DNA from: Escherichia phage ime09
Sequence record: NC_019503.1
Reading direction: 5' to 3' (one strand)
DNA: 64,000 nucleotides
The translations under genes and the position numbers were made by a program. The notes under the pieces are model-generated. The model had not been told where the DNA came from, searched no databases, and saw only the letters and a program-made list of their open reading frames with translations. Within the stretch, counting starts at the first letter, position 1, and the number at the start of each line of letters is the position of its first letter. Shown here one piece after another: positions 19,557-29,029 of the stretch.

Positions 19557-19586
19557 ACTATAACACAACTCTATCAGCTTGTAAAC
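19557..19586 (-). promoter_or_regulatory. early promoter GTTTACAAGCTGA-type
   Basis: GTTTAC-N18-TATAGT; upstream of 19271..19525. Confidence 0.5.
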
Positions 19587-19588
19587 TA

Positions 19589-19870
19589 CTATTTTACTAG
19601 CATCAATAACTGTTTCTCTAACTTGACGATTTTACGAAAGTATCTTTTACATTGGCGAATCTGTCGCTTCGTAGGGCGCACAGCAAACTTAATAAATTCC
19701 ACTCGACCAAATGGAGGACTTTCTTCTGCTGGAATATCTAACACCAATTCCCACGTATCTGCAACAAGTGCTTTGAATTGAGTATTTTTCCTGACATTAT
19801 ACGGAGTAGGTTTAAATAAAACAATATGCATATTATCCTCGGCAATCCACTTCACATACTTTCTTGTCAT
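19589..19870 (-). CDS. hypothetical protein (about 93 aa)
   Basis: track ORF 19589..19873 appears to use a non-ATG first codon; ATG one codon in. Confidence 0.45.
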   Translation of the reverse strand: MTRKYVKWIAEDNMHIVLFKPTPYNVRKNTQFKALVADTWELVLDIPAEESPPFGRVEFIKFAVRPTKRQIRQCKRYFRKIVKLEKQLLMLVK

Positions 19871-20015
19871 CAATGAAAGCTTTAACTAGCGCTTTATTAA
19901 CTTCAGCATATTGAGTAGTAGCCCATTGAACGTCATCTTTCATCATTGTGATTTCTTTAGTAAACATGCTTTCATTCTTAAACCACCCCATAAAAACTAC
20001 CTTTACCAATTCCAT
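19833..20015 (-). CDS. dmd: Dmd-like antitoxin (60 aa)
   Basis: MELVKVVFMGWFKNESMF...; size and position next to gene 41 match T4 dmd (61.5). Confidence 0.6.
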   Translation of the reverse strand: MELVKVVFMGWFKNESMFTKEITMMKDDVQWATTQYAEVNKALVKAFIDDKKVCEVDCRG

Positions 20016-20044
20016 AACAATCTCCTCATTTAACCAACAAGACT

Positions 20045-20074
20045 ACTATACCATAGTCTTGTCAGCTTGTAAAC
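20045..20074 (-). promoter_or_regulatory. early promoter GTTTACAAGCTGA-type
   Basis: GTTTAC-N18-TATAGT at 3' end of gene 41; upstream of dmd. Confidence 0.5.
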
Positions 20075-21501
20075 TAAAATTTTAATTCATTTGCCAAAGC
20101 ATCTAACTGAGCTCGAGCGGATTCGTTTCTTTGATAGCGATTCTGTTCAGCCTGAATCTGCTGTGAACCTGCTACTTCGTTCACTTCAGTTGGAGTAGAA
20201 TCTTGTTCAATTTCTACCCATTTCTGATTTCCTTTTTGAACACCCATTAAAAACTTATTCCATTTATTCTTATCACCGTATCGTGATTTGATTTGCTTAA
20301 TGAGTTGTTGTTCAGCAGCTGCTAACTCCTCGGTTTCAATGACCGCAAGCATAAAATCGGCTGTTGCTGGAAGACCAGCAGATTCTGCAATATCGCTCAT
20401 GTTAACATCAGAAGAATCCCAAGCTTGCTTACCAACCTGTGCTGCAGTCCAAAGAACAGTTTCAGTTTCAACAGCCAGAGCACGCAATTCCTCTGCAATA
20501 GCTTTAACAGTTGTGTAACTATTTTCTGAATAAACTCTGATGCGGCAAGATTTACAAATACCTAGATAGTCAACAATAATGATTGTTGGAACAAAATTCT
20601 TCTTGAGCTTTAATTCATTTAAAAGCGACCGAAATGTATTAGCGTCTGCTCCACCAGTAGGATACTGTTTAACGATTAAACGACCGAGAGTAGATTTCTC
20701 ACGCCATTTTTCCATTTTTCCTTTATACTCAGCGTAAGAAATATGCCCGTCATCAATGTCATCAAGAGAAACATCAAGCATATTAGCATCAATACGTTTA
20801 GCACAGACTTCTTCTGCCATTTCCATTGAAATGTAAAGAACATTATGACCGAGCTGTAAATAATCTGCTGCCAATGAACACAATCCTAATGACTTACCAA
20901 CGTTAACACCAGCCATTAAAACGTTCAGTGTTCCAGTTTCAGCTCCGCCTTTAGTAATTTTATTTAGAATTTTGAGTTTAAATGGAACCTTACGAGCTTT
21001 ATTCATATAAGATAGCCAACGTGCTTCATAGTCATCCATCCAATCATGACCAACGTAACTATCAAATGAAATTGATAATGCTTGACGCATGATGTCAGGA
21101 ATAGCACCTACATCTGGCATTTTCTTATTGCGTTTTTCCGGAGGAAGCTCAGCATTAGTTTGAATTTCAATTATTTTAGACGTAGCATTAAACATCGCCC
21201 TTTGCTGAACATATTTTTCTGTTTCTTTTACTAACCAGCTGTGGTCTTCTGGAGAATCGGTTAGTTTCGAAATAAGTGTTTTTACACCAGAATATTCTGT
21301 TTCAGTAAATGAACTATTTTCTAATGCAACATTTAACGCATTAATAGATGGAACGCTATGGTACTCATTGACATGAGATTTAATTAATTTGAATGTATTT
21401 TTAGCTGGACCACTTTCAAAATATTCTGAATCCATATATGGCCAAACTTTTGAAAAATAAGCTTGATCAAATATGAGATGAGAAAGAATAATTTCTACCA
21501 C
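20074..21501 (-). CDS. 41: replicative DNA helicase gp41
   Basis: 475 aa; Walker A GVNVGKS; matches T4 gp41. Confidence 0.93.
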   Translation of the reverse strand: MVEIILSHLIFDQAYFSKVWPYMDSEYFESGPAKNTFKLIKSHVNEYHSVPSINALNVALENSSFTETEYSGVKTLISKLTDSPEDHSWLVKETEKYVQQRAMFNATSKIIEIQTNAELPPEKRNKKMPDVGAIPDIMRQALSISFDSYVGHDWMDDYEARWLSYMNKARKVPFKLKILNKITKGGAETGTLNVLMAGVNVGKSLGLCSLAADYLQLGHNVLYISMEMAEEVCAKRIDANMLDVSLDDIDDGHISYAEYKGKMEKWREKSTLGRLIVKQYPTGGADANTFRSLLNELKLKKNFVPTIIIVDYLGICKSCRIRVYSENSYTTVKAIAEELRALAVETETVLWTAAQVGKQAWDSSDVNMSDIAESAGLPATADFMLAVIETEELAAAEQQLIKQIKSRYGDKNKWNKFLMGVQKGNQKWVEIEQDSTPTEVNEVAGSQQIQAEQNRYQRNESARAQLDALANELKF

Positions 21502-21510
21502 ACTTACTCC

Positions 21511-21873
21511 TTAAAAGAATTTAAATTTTTTCTTTGACCTTTTATTAAATGCATCTTGTAGTTGCATTGTAATACATTTTTCTACATGAGGAGCTAACTC
21601 AGCTTTTCTTTCTTGGTCAAGAACAGCAAAGTCCATTATGACTTTTCCATCAACCCAATCTAATTTTGTCACATACACAATGTGTGTAGAACCGTCTTCT
21701 AGTTTAATGACAATCTCCTGGATAACATTTTCCATGGCAGATTTAATTATCTTAAGAGATTCATTAAAAAGACGTTCTTTTCTTTCTTCTTCCCCCTCCG
21801 AAGAGGGGGATTCATCGATAATTTCTAGATCTAAATCTAAATCATCTTTATTCATTAAATTCTTCCATATCAC
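21511..21873 (-). CDS. 40: gp40-like protein
   Basis: 120 aa between uvsX and 41 as in T4. Confidence 0.6.
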   Translation of the reverse strand: MIWKNLMNKDDLDLDLEIIDESPSSEGEEERKERLFNESLKIIKSAMENVIQEIVIKLEDGSTHIVYVTKLDWVDGKVIMDFAVLDQERKAELAPHVEKCITMQLQDAFNKRSKKKFKFF

Positions 21874-23029
21874 TTAACTGATCTAGGTCAGTTTCTAAAT
21901 CAGCTGCTGATTTACTTTTACTTTCTGGAGATTTAAATTTTTCAACCTTTGAGTTAATCAATTCATCAACTTCAGCTTCAACAATTTCATTACTATCAAT
22001 AGCACCTAACTGATAAGCACGTTTAATAGCATCTCGGAATGGTTGATGCTTAAATAAAGGACCCCAGAATGTAGTACAGTTGGTATCTTTTGCACGCCAA
22101 GATTTTTCTTCGCGAATCATCTCACCGGTTTCTTCGTCAAGAAATTCACGAGCATACCAGCCATTTTTAGGTTTTACCACAAATCCTAATTCAAGAGCCA
22201 TATCTAACAATCCAGAATAAGGATCGATACCACCGTCAAATTTAACATCAATAAAGAATTTACTTTTTTCTTTAACGGTACGAGATTTTTCTACATTTAG
22301 AACAAATTGATACCCCTGAAGATCAGAACCATCTTTAATCTGGCGCTTACCGATAATGAATACGGTATCAGCCGAATACATTACGCCTGTACCACCTGTC
22401 ATCACAGTTTTACTAAACATTTCAATTGTTTCAATTGTATGGTTAACCGCAACGCATGGAATGTTTTTAATACTAAAATAAGGAGTAACAATACGGAATA
22501 ATGACTTCAGTGATTTAGCACGAGTCATATCTGCCACAGATTTTTCATTCAAGGCATCTTCCGTTTCTTTCTTAGAAGCCATATTACCGATTGAGTCGAT
22601 GAATACAATAACTTTTTCGCCGCGCTCAATAGCTTCAAGCTGATTCACCATATCAATTTTCAGCTGTTCAACTGACTGGATTGGTGTATGAATTACACGT
22701 TCCGGGTCAACTCCCATGGATCGCAAATAAGCTGGAGTAATACCAAATTCGCTATCATAGAATAAACAAACCGCATCAGGATATTTGTTCAAATACGCCG
22801 CAACCATAGTCAAAGACATATTTGATTTAAAGTGTTTAGAAGGACCTGCAAAAATGGTTAAACCAGACTGCATACCACCGTCAATCGCGCCGGAAATAGC
22901 GATATTGAGCATTGGAATTTTTGTACGGATTACATCCTTTTCATTAAAGAATTTAGATGTAGTCAGTTCAGCAGTCATTTTAGAAGTGGAAGCTTTAATC
23001 AAACGGGATTTTAAATCTGCAATAGACAT
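21848..23029 (-). CDS. uvsX: UvsX recombinase (RecA-like)
   Basis: 393 aa; matches T4 UvsX. Confidence 0.93.
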   Translation of the reverse strand: MSIADLKSRLIKASTSKMTAELTTSKFFNEKDVIRTKIPMLNIAISGAIDGGMQSGLTIFAGPSKHFKSNMSLTMVAAYLNKYPDAVCLFYDSEFGITPAYLRSMGVDPERVIHTPIQSVEQLKIDMVNQLEAIERGEKVIVFIDSIGNMASKKETEDALNEKSVADMTRAKSLKSLFRIVTPYFSIKNIPCVAVNHTIETIEMFSKTVMTGGTGVMYSADTVFIIGKRQIKDGSDLQGYQFVLNVEKSRTVKEKSKFFIDVKFDGGIDPYSGLLDMALELGFVVKPKNGWYAREFLDEETGEMIREEKSWRAKDTNCTTFWGPLFKHQPFRDAIKRAYQLGAIDSNEIVEAEVDELINSKVEKFKSPESKSKSAADLETDLDQLSDMEEFNE

Positions 23030-23106
23030 TCATTTTTTCCATAGGCATCATTATATTTTCCTCACTGGTTAAAGATAGAGTAATTATAACACAATAAATT
23101 TAGGCA

Positions 23107-23955
23107 TTAATCGACTGCTATTGGATGAATAGCATTAAACTTATGAAACGCTTCTGATTTTTCTTTGCGCGAAACACACATGCGAAGAACCTTTAATGGC
23201 TCGTCTTCTTCACCCAACGATTTTCTCTTTTCAATATTCGATGTTTTCCAACGAGCTTGCTCTGGAAACTCTCTATTGATTTGCTCAAGAGCTCTATTAT
23301 GTTTTGAATTACTACGAATTGAACTACATCCGCCTGGAGCTTGTGCTTTTCCAGACACAACCAGATATTTGAACAAAGCCAAATGCGGATAACCTTGATT
23401 AATTAAATTGAGAAATGCATACATATCTTCGCATAAATCAATTTTTCCATACCCAATTTGTTCTGTAGTAAGTTTTCCGAGGTCATACCAAGTATTCGTG
23501 AATCCATATGAATTTTCACGATAATTACCCCAAGATGAAGTAATTTTAAAAATAGGTAGACGAGCATGACCGTGATAATACCCGCAATCCATGGCATCTT
23601 CAACGTATTGAATCAATTCATAGAACTGTTCACGAGTTAATTGATTAATTTTATCTACGCAGCGACGATCATCTTTCTTTCGCATTGAACTCATACGAAT
23701 AGTAGTATCATCATCAATCATCCAAATTCGTTGACCTGCATACATATCAGTAATTGCTTTACGAGTTCCAGCAATTCCATTAACATCATCAGGAATAGTT
23801 ATAATTTTAGCCCTAGACCCGTAAGCGTCATAATAAGCTTTTTCTTCATGTTCACGTACTACAATATGAGGTTCATAATCAGTCGGAAACATATCAAGGG
23901 CAGAAACTGCCCCTACGCGTTGATAGCTTGGAATTACGAATTGAATCATTTCCAC
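23107..23955 (-). CDS. GT-A fold (GT2-like) glycosyltransferase, candidate hmC-DNA sugar transferase
   Basis: 282 aa; N-terminal VIPSYQR and IWMIDDDTT (DxD); occupies the slot between uvsX and 42. Confidence 0.55.
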   Translation of the reverse strand: MEMIQFVIPSYQRVGAVSALDMFPTDYEPHIVVREHEEKAYYDAYGSRAKIITIPDDVNGIAGTRKAITDMYAGQRIWMIDDDTTIRMSSMRKKDDRRCVDKINQLTREQFYELIQYVEDAMDCGYYHGHARLPIFKITSSWGNYRENSYGFTNTWYDLGKLTTEQIGYGKIDLCEDMYAFLNLINQGYPHLALFKYLVVSGKAQAPGGCSSIRSNSKHNRALEQINREFPEQARWKTSNIEKRKSLGEEDEPLKVLRMCVSRKEKSEAFHKFNAIHPIAVD

Positions 23956-24686
23956 TCACCGTTATAATCTTTTTTCGCAATATGAGTTTCGCCAGTTTTC
24001 CACCAATGGTCAACCAAATAAAAATGACGGGAATACACGTGAAGGCTCCCGACGTTCCATATAATGGAACCTGCTTTATACTGACGAGTTGAATCACCTG
24101 CATTCAAATCAGATACTAATTTATCTAGTACATATTTTTGCCATGCATAATCATTACGGAATCCGAAGACCACGTCATTTGAACGCATGCTTACTACTGC
24201 ATTGATTTTCTTATCACGAATCAGGTACTGTACTGTATTCGTACACATGAAATCTGACATACCATCTTTATTGTAGTCAAACTGCATGGATGGACGAGTA
24301 TAAATCATGATACCACGCCGAGAATCAGGATTTTGACCAAGTTCAGCTAAACACATATCATACTGAGCATAGTTATCTTCTGACCAAATAGCCCAACCAT
24401 AATTCGAGTTAATTTCGCCTTTAGAAGATGCTACCTGTTGCCAAATCTTCGGTGTTTCACCTGGAATATCTTTAACAAACAGACTTTGAGACTTATACCA
24501 TTCAAGTTCACGCTGAATGTATTCATCATTAAGAGCGCCAAAAATAAAAGGTTCATCTGCTACAAATGATGCACCAATAATTTCAATAGTTTTAACCCCG
24601 GTTTTATCAATTACGAAATCTTTTTCCTTTAATGCAAGACCCAAATCAAGACGGATTTCTTCAACTGTCATATAATCGTTAATCAT
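23946..24686 (-). CDS. 42: dCMP hydroxymethylase gp42
   Basis: 246 aa, near-identical to remembered T4 gp42. Confidence 0.95.
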   Translation of the reverse strand: MINDYMTVEEIRLDLGLALKEKDFVIDKTGVKTIEIIGASFVADEPFIFGALNDEYIQRELEWYKSQSLFVKDIPGETPKIWQQVASSKGEINSNYGWAIWSEDNYAQYDMCLAELGQNPDSRRGIMIYTRPSMQFDYNKDGMSDFMCTNTVQYLIRDKKINAVVSMRSNDVVFGFRNDYAWQKYVLDKLVSDLNAGDSTRQYKAGSIIWNVGSLHVYSRHFYLVDHWWKTGETHIAKKDYNGEWK

Positions 24687-24840
24687 TTAAACCTCAATTG
24701 ATGCATTCATATTTAATTTGTAACAGTTAATAAACTCCACCCTATAATAAGCGTTGGAATCATACAAGGAACTGCTACGCTATAGTATATACTTATTATA
24801 ATCATCAAGATTAAAAGCAATACTGCTAAAATTTTGCTTT

Positions 24841-25092
24841 TCATTCCTTCTCTCTGATGATAATTACTTGATTTTGCTGTACAGATTTTTTAGTTTCACC
24901 CGCAATTGACCAAATAAATGTAATAAACCAACCAATAATTGACCAGTTAAACAGTAAAGATGTAAAAAAGATTCCTACTGTCGATTTTGACCCGCGCATC
25001 AAGGCGATGAACCACGGAAGCATGTATATAATAATAGCCAACACGCCTGAAACTAAAACCATAAAAATTGAACCTGCTACTAAAGTTTCCAT
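24841..25092 (-). CDS. imm: Imm superinfection immunity membrane protein
   Basis: 83 aa, two TM helices; matches T4 Imm. Confidence 0.85.
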   Translation of the reverse strand: METLVAGSIFMVLVSGVLAIIIYMLPWFIALMRGSKSTVGIFFTSLLFNWSIIGWFITFIWSIAGETKKSVQQNQVIIIREKE

Positions 25093-25099
25093 GTTTTCC

Positions 25100-25480
25100 T
25101 CACTTAGTCAAATTTTTTACACATGAATTATAAGAATTCACTACATACTCCATCGGAGCATTTTTACCTGTGCGCCATTGGTAATTATTAGCCCAATTAG
25201 CCCAAAGTTCGGCGCAGTAGTTTTCAATTTTTTCTTCGCGTGTAATTACATCCGAATTACGATATGCTTGAGCAGATTCATCTGGACGAATAGCTTCGTC
25301 AAAATTCGCCTGCATTTGTTCTACTGTCTGTTTTGGAGCTTCTTTATAACACTTAACATTAGGATTATAAAATTTGCTTGAACAGTTTACAATTTTTCCT
25401 ACATCAGATTGATTTACTACCGGTCCTTGAGCTACACAACCAGTAAGACCCAATGCAATAACCAAAATAGCGATTTTCAT
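25100..25480 (-). CDS. predicted lipoprotein (lipobox LTGC)
   Basis: track ORF 25100..25669; start moved to internal Met MKIAILVIALGLTGC downstream of promoter 25515..25543. Confidence 0.55.
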   Translation of the reverse strand: MKIAILVIALGLTGCVAQGPVVNQSDVGKIVNCSSKFYNPNVKCYKEAPKQTVEQMQANFDEAIRPDESAQAYRNSDVITREEKIENYCAELWANWANNYQWRTGKNAPMEYVVNSYNSCVKNLTK

Positions 25481-25487
25481 TTCATTC

Positions 25488-25570
25488 TCCAAATCCGCAT
25501 CAGTTGATAGTTGTATAGTACCACGGAAGAACAGAGATGTAAACAGTTTTGTGAAAAATTTTTTAATGAA
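25488..25570. repeat. repeated intergenic promoter cassette, copy 1
   Basis: tccaaatccgcatcagttgatagttgtatagtacca...gtaaacagttttgtgaaaaatttttt; near-identical at 51844..51920, partial at 50408..50462. Confidence 0.6.
25515..25543 (-). promoter_or_regulatory. early promoter GTTTAC-N17-TACTAT inside repeated cassette
   Basis: upstream of lipoprotein gene. Confidence 0.55.
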
Positions 25571-25631
25571 TTTAAAGGACCTAGAATCATCTATTTTTCC
25601 TAAGTATAGATTTATATTACTTGCATGAAAA

Positions 25632-25649
25632 AGGGACCCGGAGGTCCCT
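25632..25649 (-). terminator. rho-independent terminator after gene 43
   Basis: agggacccggaggtccct. Confidence 0.55.
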
Positions 25650-25661
25650 AAATTTATTCTA

Positions 25662-28358
25662 TCAGCCAAACAGGAAGTCTAACGAAGCTTTTTCCTCATA
25701 GTCCATACCTGCCGATTCACACATGCCCGCAAGTGGTTTAACAAACGATTTTTGGAACAAAGTTGAGTAGTCAATCCAAGACAGTACATCAGAACGAATT
25801 TCTTTTGGAAGTTCTGTGCCAGACGGCCAAGCAATGCACTTGTCACCAAATGGATTTCCTTCACGTAATGGAAGAACCATTACCTTATTTCCATCCAAAA
25901 TTGGAGCTACACCTAAACCACTAACAGCTCGACGATAAGTTAACACACCACGAATATGGAACGGGCATTTAAATCCTGGCCAACCTTTATCGTCATATTT
26001 CGCTATATCGTTCGCGGTTTTTACTTCAGCAATAACTTTATAGTCAAGTTGACGATATTCTTTCTCAAAGTTCTTGTAGTATTCTTGGACAGACTCTTCG
26101 CCTTCCTGAAGAATACGACGAATACTTTCTTCGAGAGCTTCTTGTACTGCTTTTGGTGTTGAACTCTGCTGAGTTTCCATACCCATGATTTTTAGATGCG
26201 GTTCAGCAAATCGCTTATCTTCCATATCATAAACGTTCAGAGCATAACGCTTTTTCGCTTTCCAAAATCCACCAACACCCTTTGAACCAAGCGGAGGGCA
26301 AGAAATAGCTTCACGGTCCATATGCATCAGATGCTCGCGGTTATTCATATAATCACATAACTCACGATATGCAACATCAATCATAGGTTCCATCTTTTTC
26401 TTACCAAACTGATTCATGAATTCAACTAAATCATTTTGTTCTTTAAAGCGATCAAGACCTACTTTTTCAATAACTTTATCTACACAAACATATACCGAAT
26501 CAGTATCACCTGCTGCGATGAAATCTTCACCATTAGTTCCACATACTTTATTCAGATATTCATTAATTTTACGAGCAATCCACTGAATACCAACTTGACC
26601 AAAAATTGTGATAGCAGTAGCATTTCGCAAATCATAGTAACGGAAATGAATATTACCAAGAGCACCATAAAGACTGTTGATAAGAATTTTACGGTTCAGC
26701 TGATTTGTGTTAGCAAGTGTAGCTGCTTTTTCACATTCTTCGATCAGACTATTAAGAACAGATTCAGTGTAATTCGATAATTCGTTTAAGAAATCATCAT
26801 TGAACTTAACATATCGTTCAACTTCCGGTTTAGTTGAACAAGACCCTGCACCTTTCATAATAATCTTTTTAATAGCTTCGGCATTCATTTCTTCAGCGAA
26901 CATTTTCTTTTTCCAGTCTTTACGCTGGAAAAATACTTTAGCGATTTCCTTTGGAATGATACCTTCTTGATGCTTATCATACATCCATCCATTCGGAGAA
27001 CAAGAATATTCATCACTTGGCTTAGGAGCTGTTCCTGCGATATATTCATGAATTGGATGAACTTTAAACTGTCCACGAATAGTCTCAGGACTAATGTTAA
27101 CCTGACGAATAATGCTAGGATACAGAGACGTCAAGTCAAAACTCATAATGTATCGACGAGCAATCGGTTTAGGTTCAAACACAAATGCACCTGGAAAACT
27201 CTGTTTAACGTGCGAACCTTGTTGAGGAATAACCTTATGTTCACCTTTCAATGAGTTAAAAATAATAGCATCCCAAGTTTTAATAGGACTCATTACACCA
27301 GAAAAAGGCATTTTAGCGTAATAGGACATACTTAAAACTAGATCAATAAACCCACGAATTTTATCAATTGCTTGAACTGATTCTACGTCAATGATGTTAT
27401 AACTAATGTATCGTTGATGATTAGTCTCACGAAGTTTATTAATAGGACCATCGTACGGCAATTTACCTTTTTTGGTTTCATGTTGAGCAACTGATTCCAA
27501 AGAGAACGATGGCAAATTAGTAAATGCGAACTTCTTGTATAAATCTAAATAATCAAGAATAGATACGCCATCAATAGAATAAATTTCTTTGCTACCGTAC
27601 ATATTTTGAATTAGTTTAGATTTTACTCGACCGATTGGAGAGAAACGTTTCATACTGCGTTCGCCGAGAACCATTTTAACACGGTTCATGATATACGGAA
27701 CGTCAAATCCCTCAATATTCCAACCGGTAAAAATAGCAGGTCGTTTCTGTTCCCAGAGATTAATATATTCCATGAGCATATCACGCTCATTATCAAATGG
27801 CATATAAATTACTCGGTCAAGAATTTCTTGAGGAACTTCATCACCACCTTCACAGTCAAGCTTAGCAGCTAACTTTGCATCCCATTTTGATACTGAACCG
27901 TACATTGAATTCAACAAATCAAAGACGTAAAAACGGTCGTCAATTGAATCATAATGAGTGATAGCATCAATTTCATATTCTGCTTTCATTGGGTCAGGAA
28001 ATTTATCACCAGTAACCTCAATGTCACAGTTAGCTACACGAACAAATTTTCGGTCATAAACAATTTCTGAACCATATGTATCACTGATATAAGCGAGTTT
28101 AAAATCGTTCATACCGAGAGCTTCGAGACCGATGTCTTCCATCCGCTTCATCCAGTCTCGTGCATCTTTCATTGATGGAAATTTTTGAGGAGCGCAATTT
28201 TTACCATAAATGTCTTTGTATTTTGACTCTTCCTTACAATGCCTAAACATAGTCGGAAGATATTCTACTTCACGAGTACGTTCCTTTCCGTTTTCATCAA
28301 TATAGCGCTCAACAATGTTATTTCCGACTGTTTCGATAGAGATATAAAATTCTTTCAT
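25662..28358 (-). CDS. 43: DNA polymerase gp43 (family B)
   Basis: 898 aa; exo and pol motifs (DTDS); matches T4 gp43. Confidence 0.97.
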   Translation of the reverse strand: MKEFYISIETVGNNIVERYIDENGKERTREVEYLPTMFRHCKEESKYKDIYGKNCAPQKFPSMKDARDWMKRMEDIGLEALGMNDFKLAYISDTYGSEIVYDRKFVRVANCDIEVTGDKFPDPMKAEYEIDAITHYDSIDDRFYVFDLLNSMYGSVSKWDAKLAAKLDCEGGDEVPQEILDRVIYMPFDNERDMLMEYINLWEQKRPAIFTGWNIEGFDVPYIMNRVKMVLGERSMKRFSPIGRVKSKLIQNMYGSKEIYSIDGVSILDYLDLYKKFAFTNLPSFSLESVAQHETKKGKLPYDGPINKLRETNHQRYISYNIIDVESVQAIDKIRGFIDLVLSMSYYAKMPFSGVMSPIKTWDAIIFNSLKGEHKVIPQQGSHVKQSFPGAFVFEPKPIARRYIMSFDLTSLYPSIIRQVNISPETIRGQFKVHPIHEYIAGTAPKPSDEYSCSPNGWMYDKHQEGIIPKEIAKVFFQRKDWKKKMFAEEMNAEAIKKIIMKGAGSCSTKPEVERYVKFNDDFLNELSNYTESVLNSLIEECEKAATLANTNQLNRKILINSLYGALGNIHFRYYDLRNATAITIFGQVGIQWIARKINEYLNKVCGTNGEDFIAAGDTDSVYVCVDKVIEKVGLDRFKEQNDLVEFMNQFGKKKMEPMIDVAYRELCDYMNNREHLMHMDREAISCPPLGSKGVGGFWKAKKRYALNVYDMEDKRFAEPHLKIMGMETQQSSTPKAVQEALEESIRRILQEGEESVQEYYKNFEKEYRQLDYKVIAEVKTANDIAKYDDKGWPGFKCPFHIRGVLTYRRAVSGLGVAPILDGNKVMVLPLREGNPFGDKCIAWPSGTELPKEIRSDVLSWIDYSTLFQKSFVKPLAGMCESAGMDYEEKASLDFLFG

Positions 28359-28416
28359 AGATATTCCTTAGTTTATAGCCCGAGTTATTAGGCTCTTGAT
28401 ATATTATACTCCAAAT

Positions 28417-28434
28417 AAGGGGCCGAAGCCCCTT
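28417..28434 (-). terminator. rho-independent terminator, UUCG tetraloop
   Basis: aaggggccgaagcccctt just upstream of gene 43 leader. Confidence 0.55.
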
Positions 28435-28436
28435 GC

Positions 28437-28658
28437 TTAAATTAATACCATTTGTCGGTGAAAAATTGTCAATCCATCTGCATTAATTGACTTAACCACT
28501 GCGGTAAAGTGTTTTTGTTCTGGGTGAACTAATTTTTGAAATTCTACCTGAAATTTTAGTTGGAGGTTTTCTGGTAAATCAAAAAGTGTTTCTGTTGCAG
28601 AAAGATTATATTTTTCTTTAAGAGACGCCATGTATTCTTGCGGAGTTATAGCAGTCAT
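28437..28658 (-). CDS. hypothetical protein (73 aa)
   Basis: track ORF 28437..28700 trimmed to internal Met just after regA stop; terminator follows. Confidence 0.4.
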   Translation of the reverse strand: MTAITPQEYMASLKEKYNLSATETLFDLPENLQLKFQVEFQKLVHPEQKHFTAVVKSINADGLTIFHRQMVLI

Positions 28659-28659
28659 A

Positions 28660-29028
28660 TTAATTACCAATCGTATATTTAGGAACGAGTTTCCACTCAT
28701 GTTTTTGTTTAAAAGAAATAACTCGGAAGTTATTGGTTAAATCTTTCATAAAAGTTCTTTGACCAGGAACGATTTCAATTAGTCCCCAATCTTCTAACAG
28801 CCACGCAATCGAATCACGACGAACTTCATCTTCTTCTGTCATTTCAACCTGACGGCCATCCATACGAAGCATTTCTTTAAAATGAACGATATAGTATAGT
28901 CCTTTTTTCTGAAGAATATGACAGGACTGATACAGAACTTTATCTTTATTATTAGCAATTCCCATACGAGTCAAGGTTTCTTTTACTTTCAGAAAATCTT
29001 CAGGTTTTTTAAGAGTAATTTCAATCAT
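28660..29028 (-). CDS. regA: RegA translational repressor
   Basis: 122 aa, MIEITLKKPEDFLKVKETLTRMGIANN... matches T4 RegA. Confidence 0.9.
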   Translation of the reverse strand: MIEITLKKPEDFLKVKETLTRMGIANNKDKVLYQSCHILQKKGLYYIVHFKEMLRMDGRQVEMTEEDEVRRDSIAWLLEDWGLIEIVPGQRTFMKDLTNNFRVISFKQKHEWKLVPKYTIGN

Positions 29029-29029
29029 T

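Noticed and set aside
23403-24103. Minus-strand ORFs 23403..23603 and 23894..24103
   Set aside because: Out-of-frame overlaps with the glycosyltransferase and gp42 genes.
26436-27254. Plus-strand ORFs inside DNA polymerase gene
   Set aside because: Antisense to gp43.
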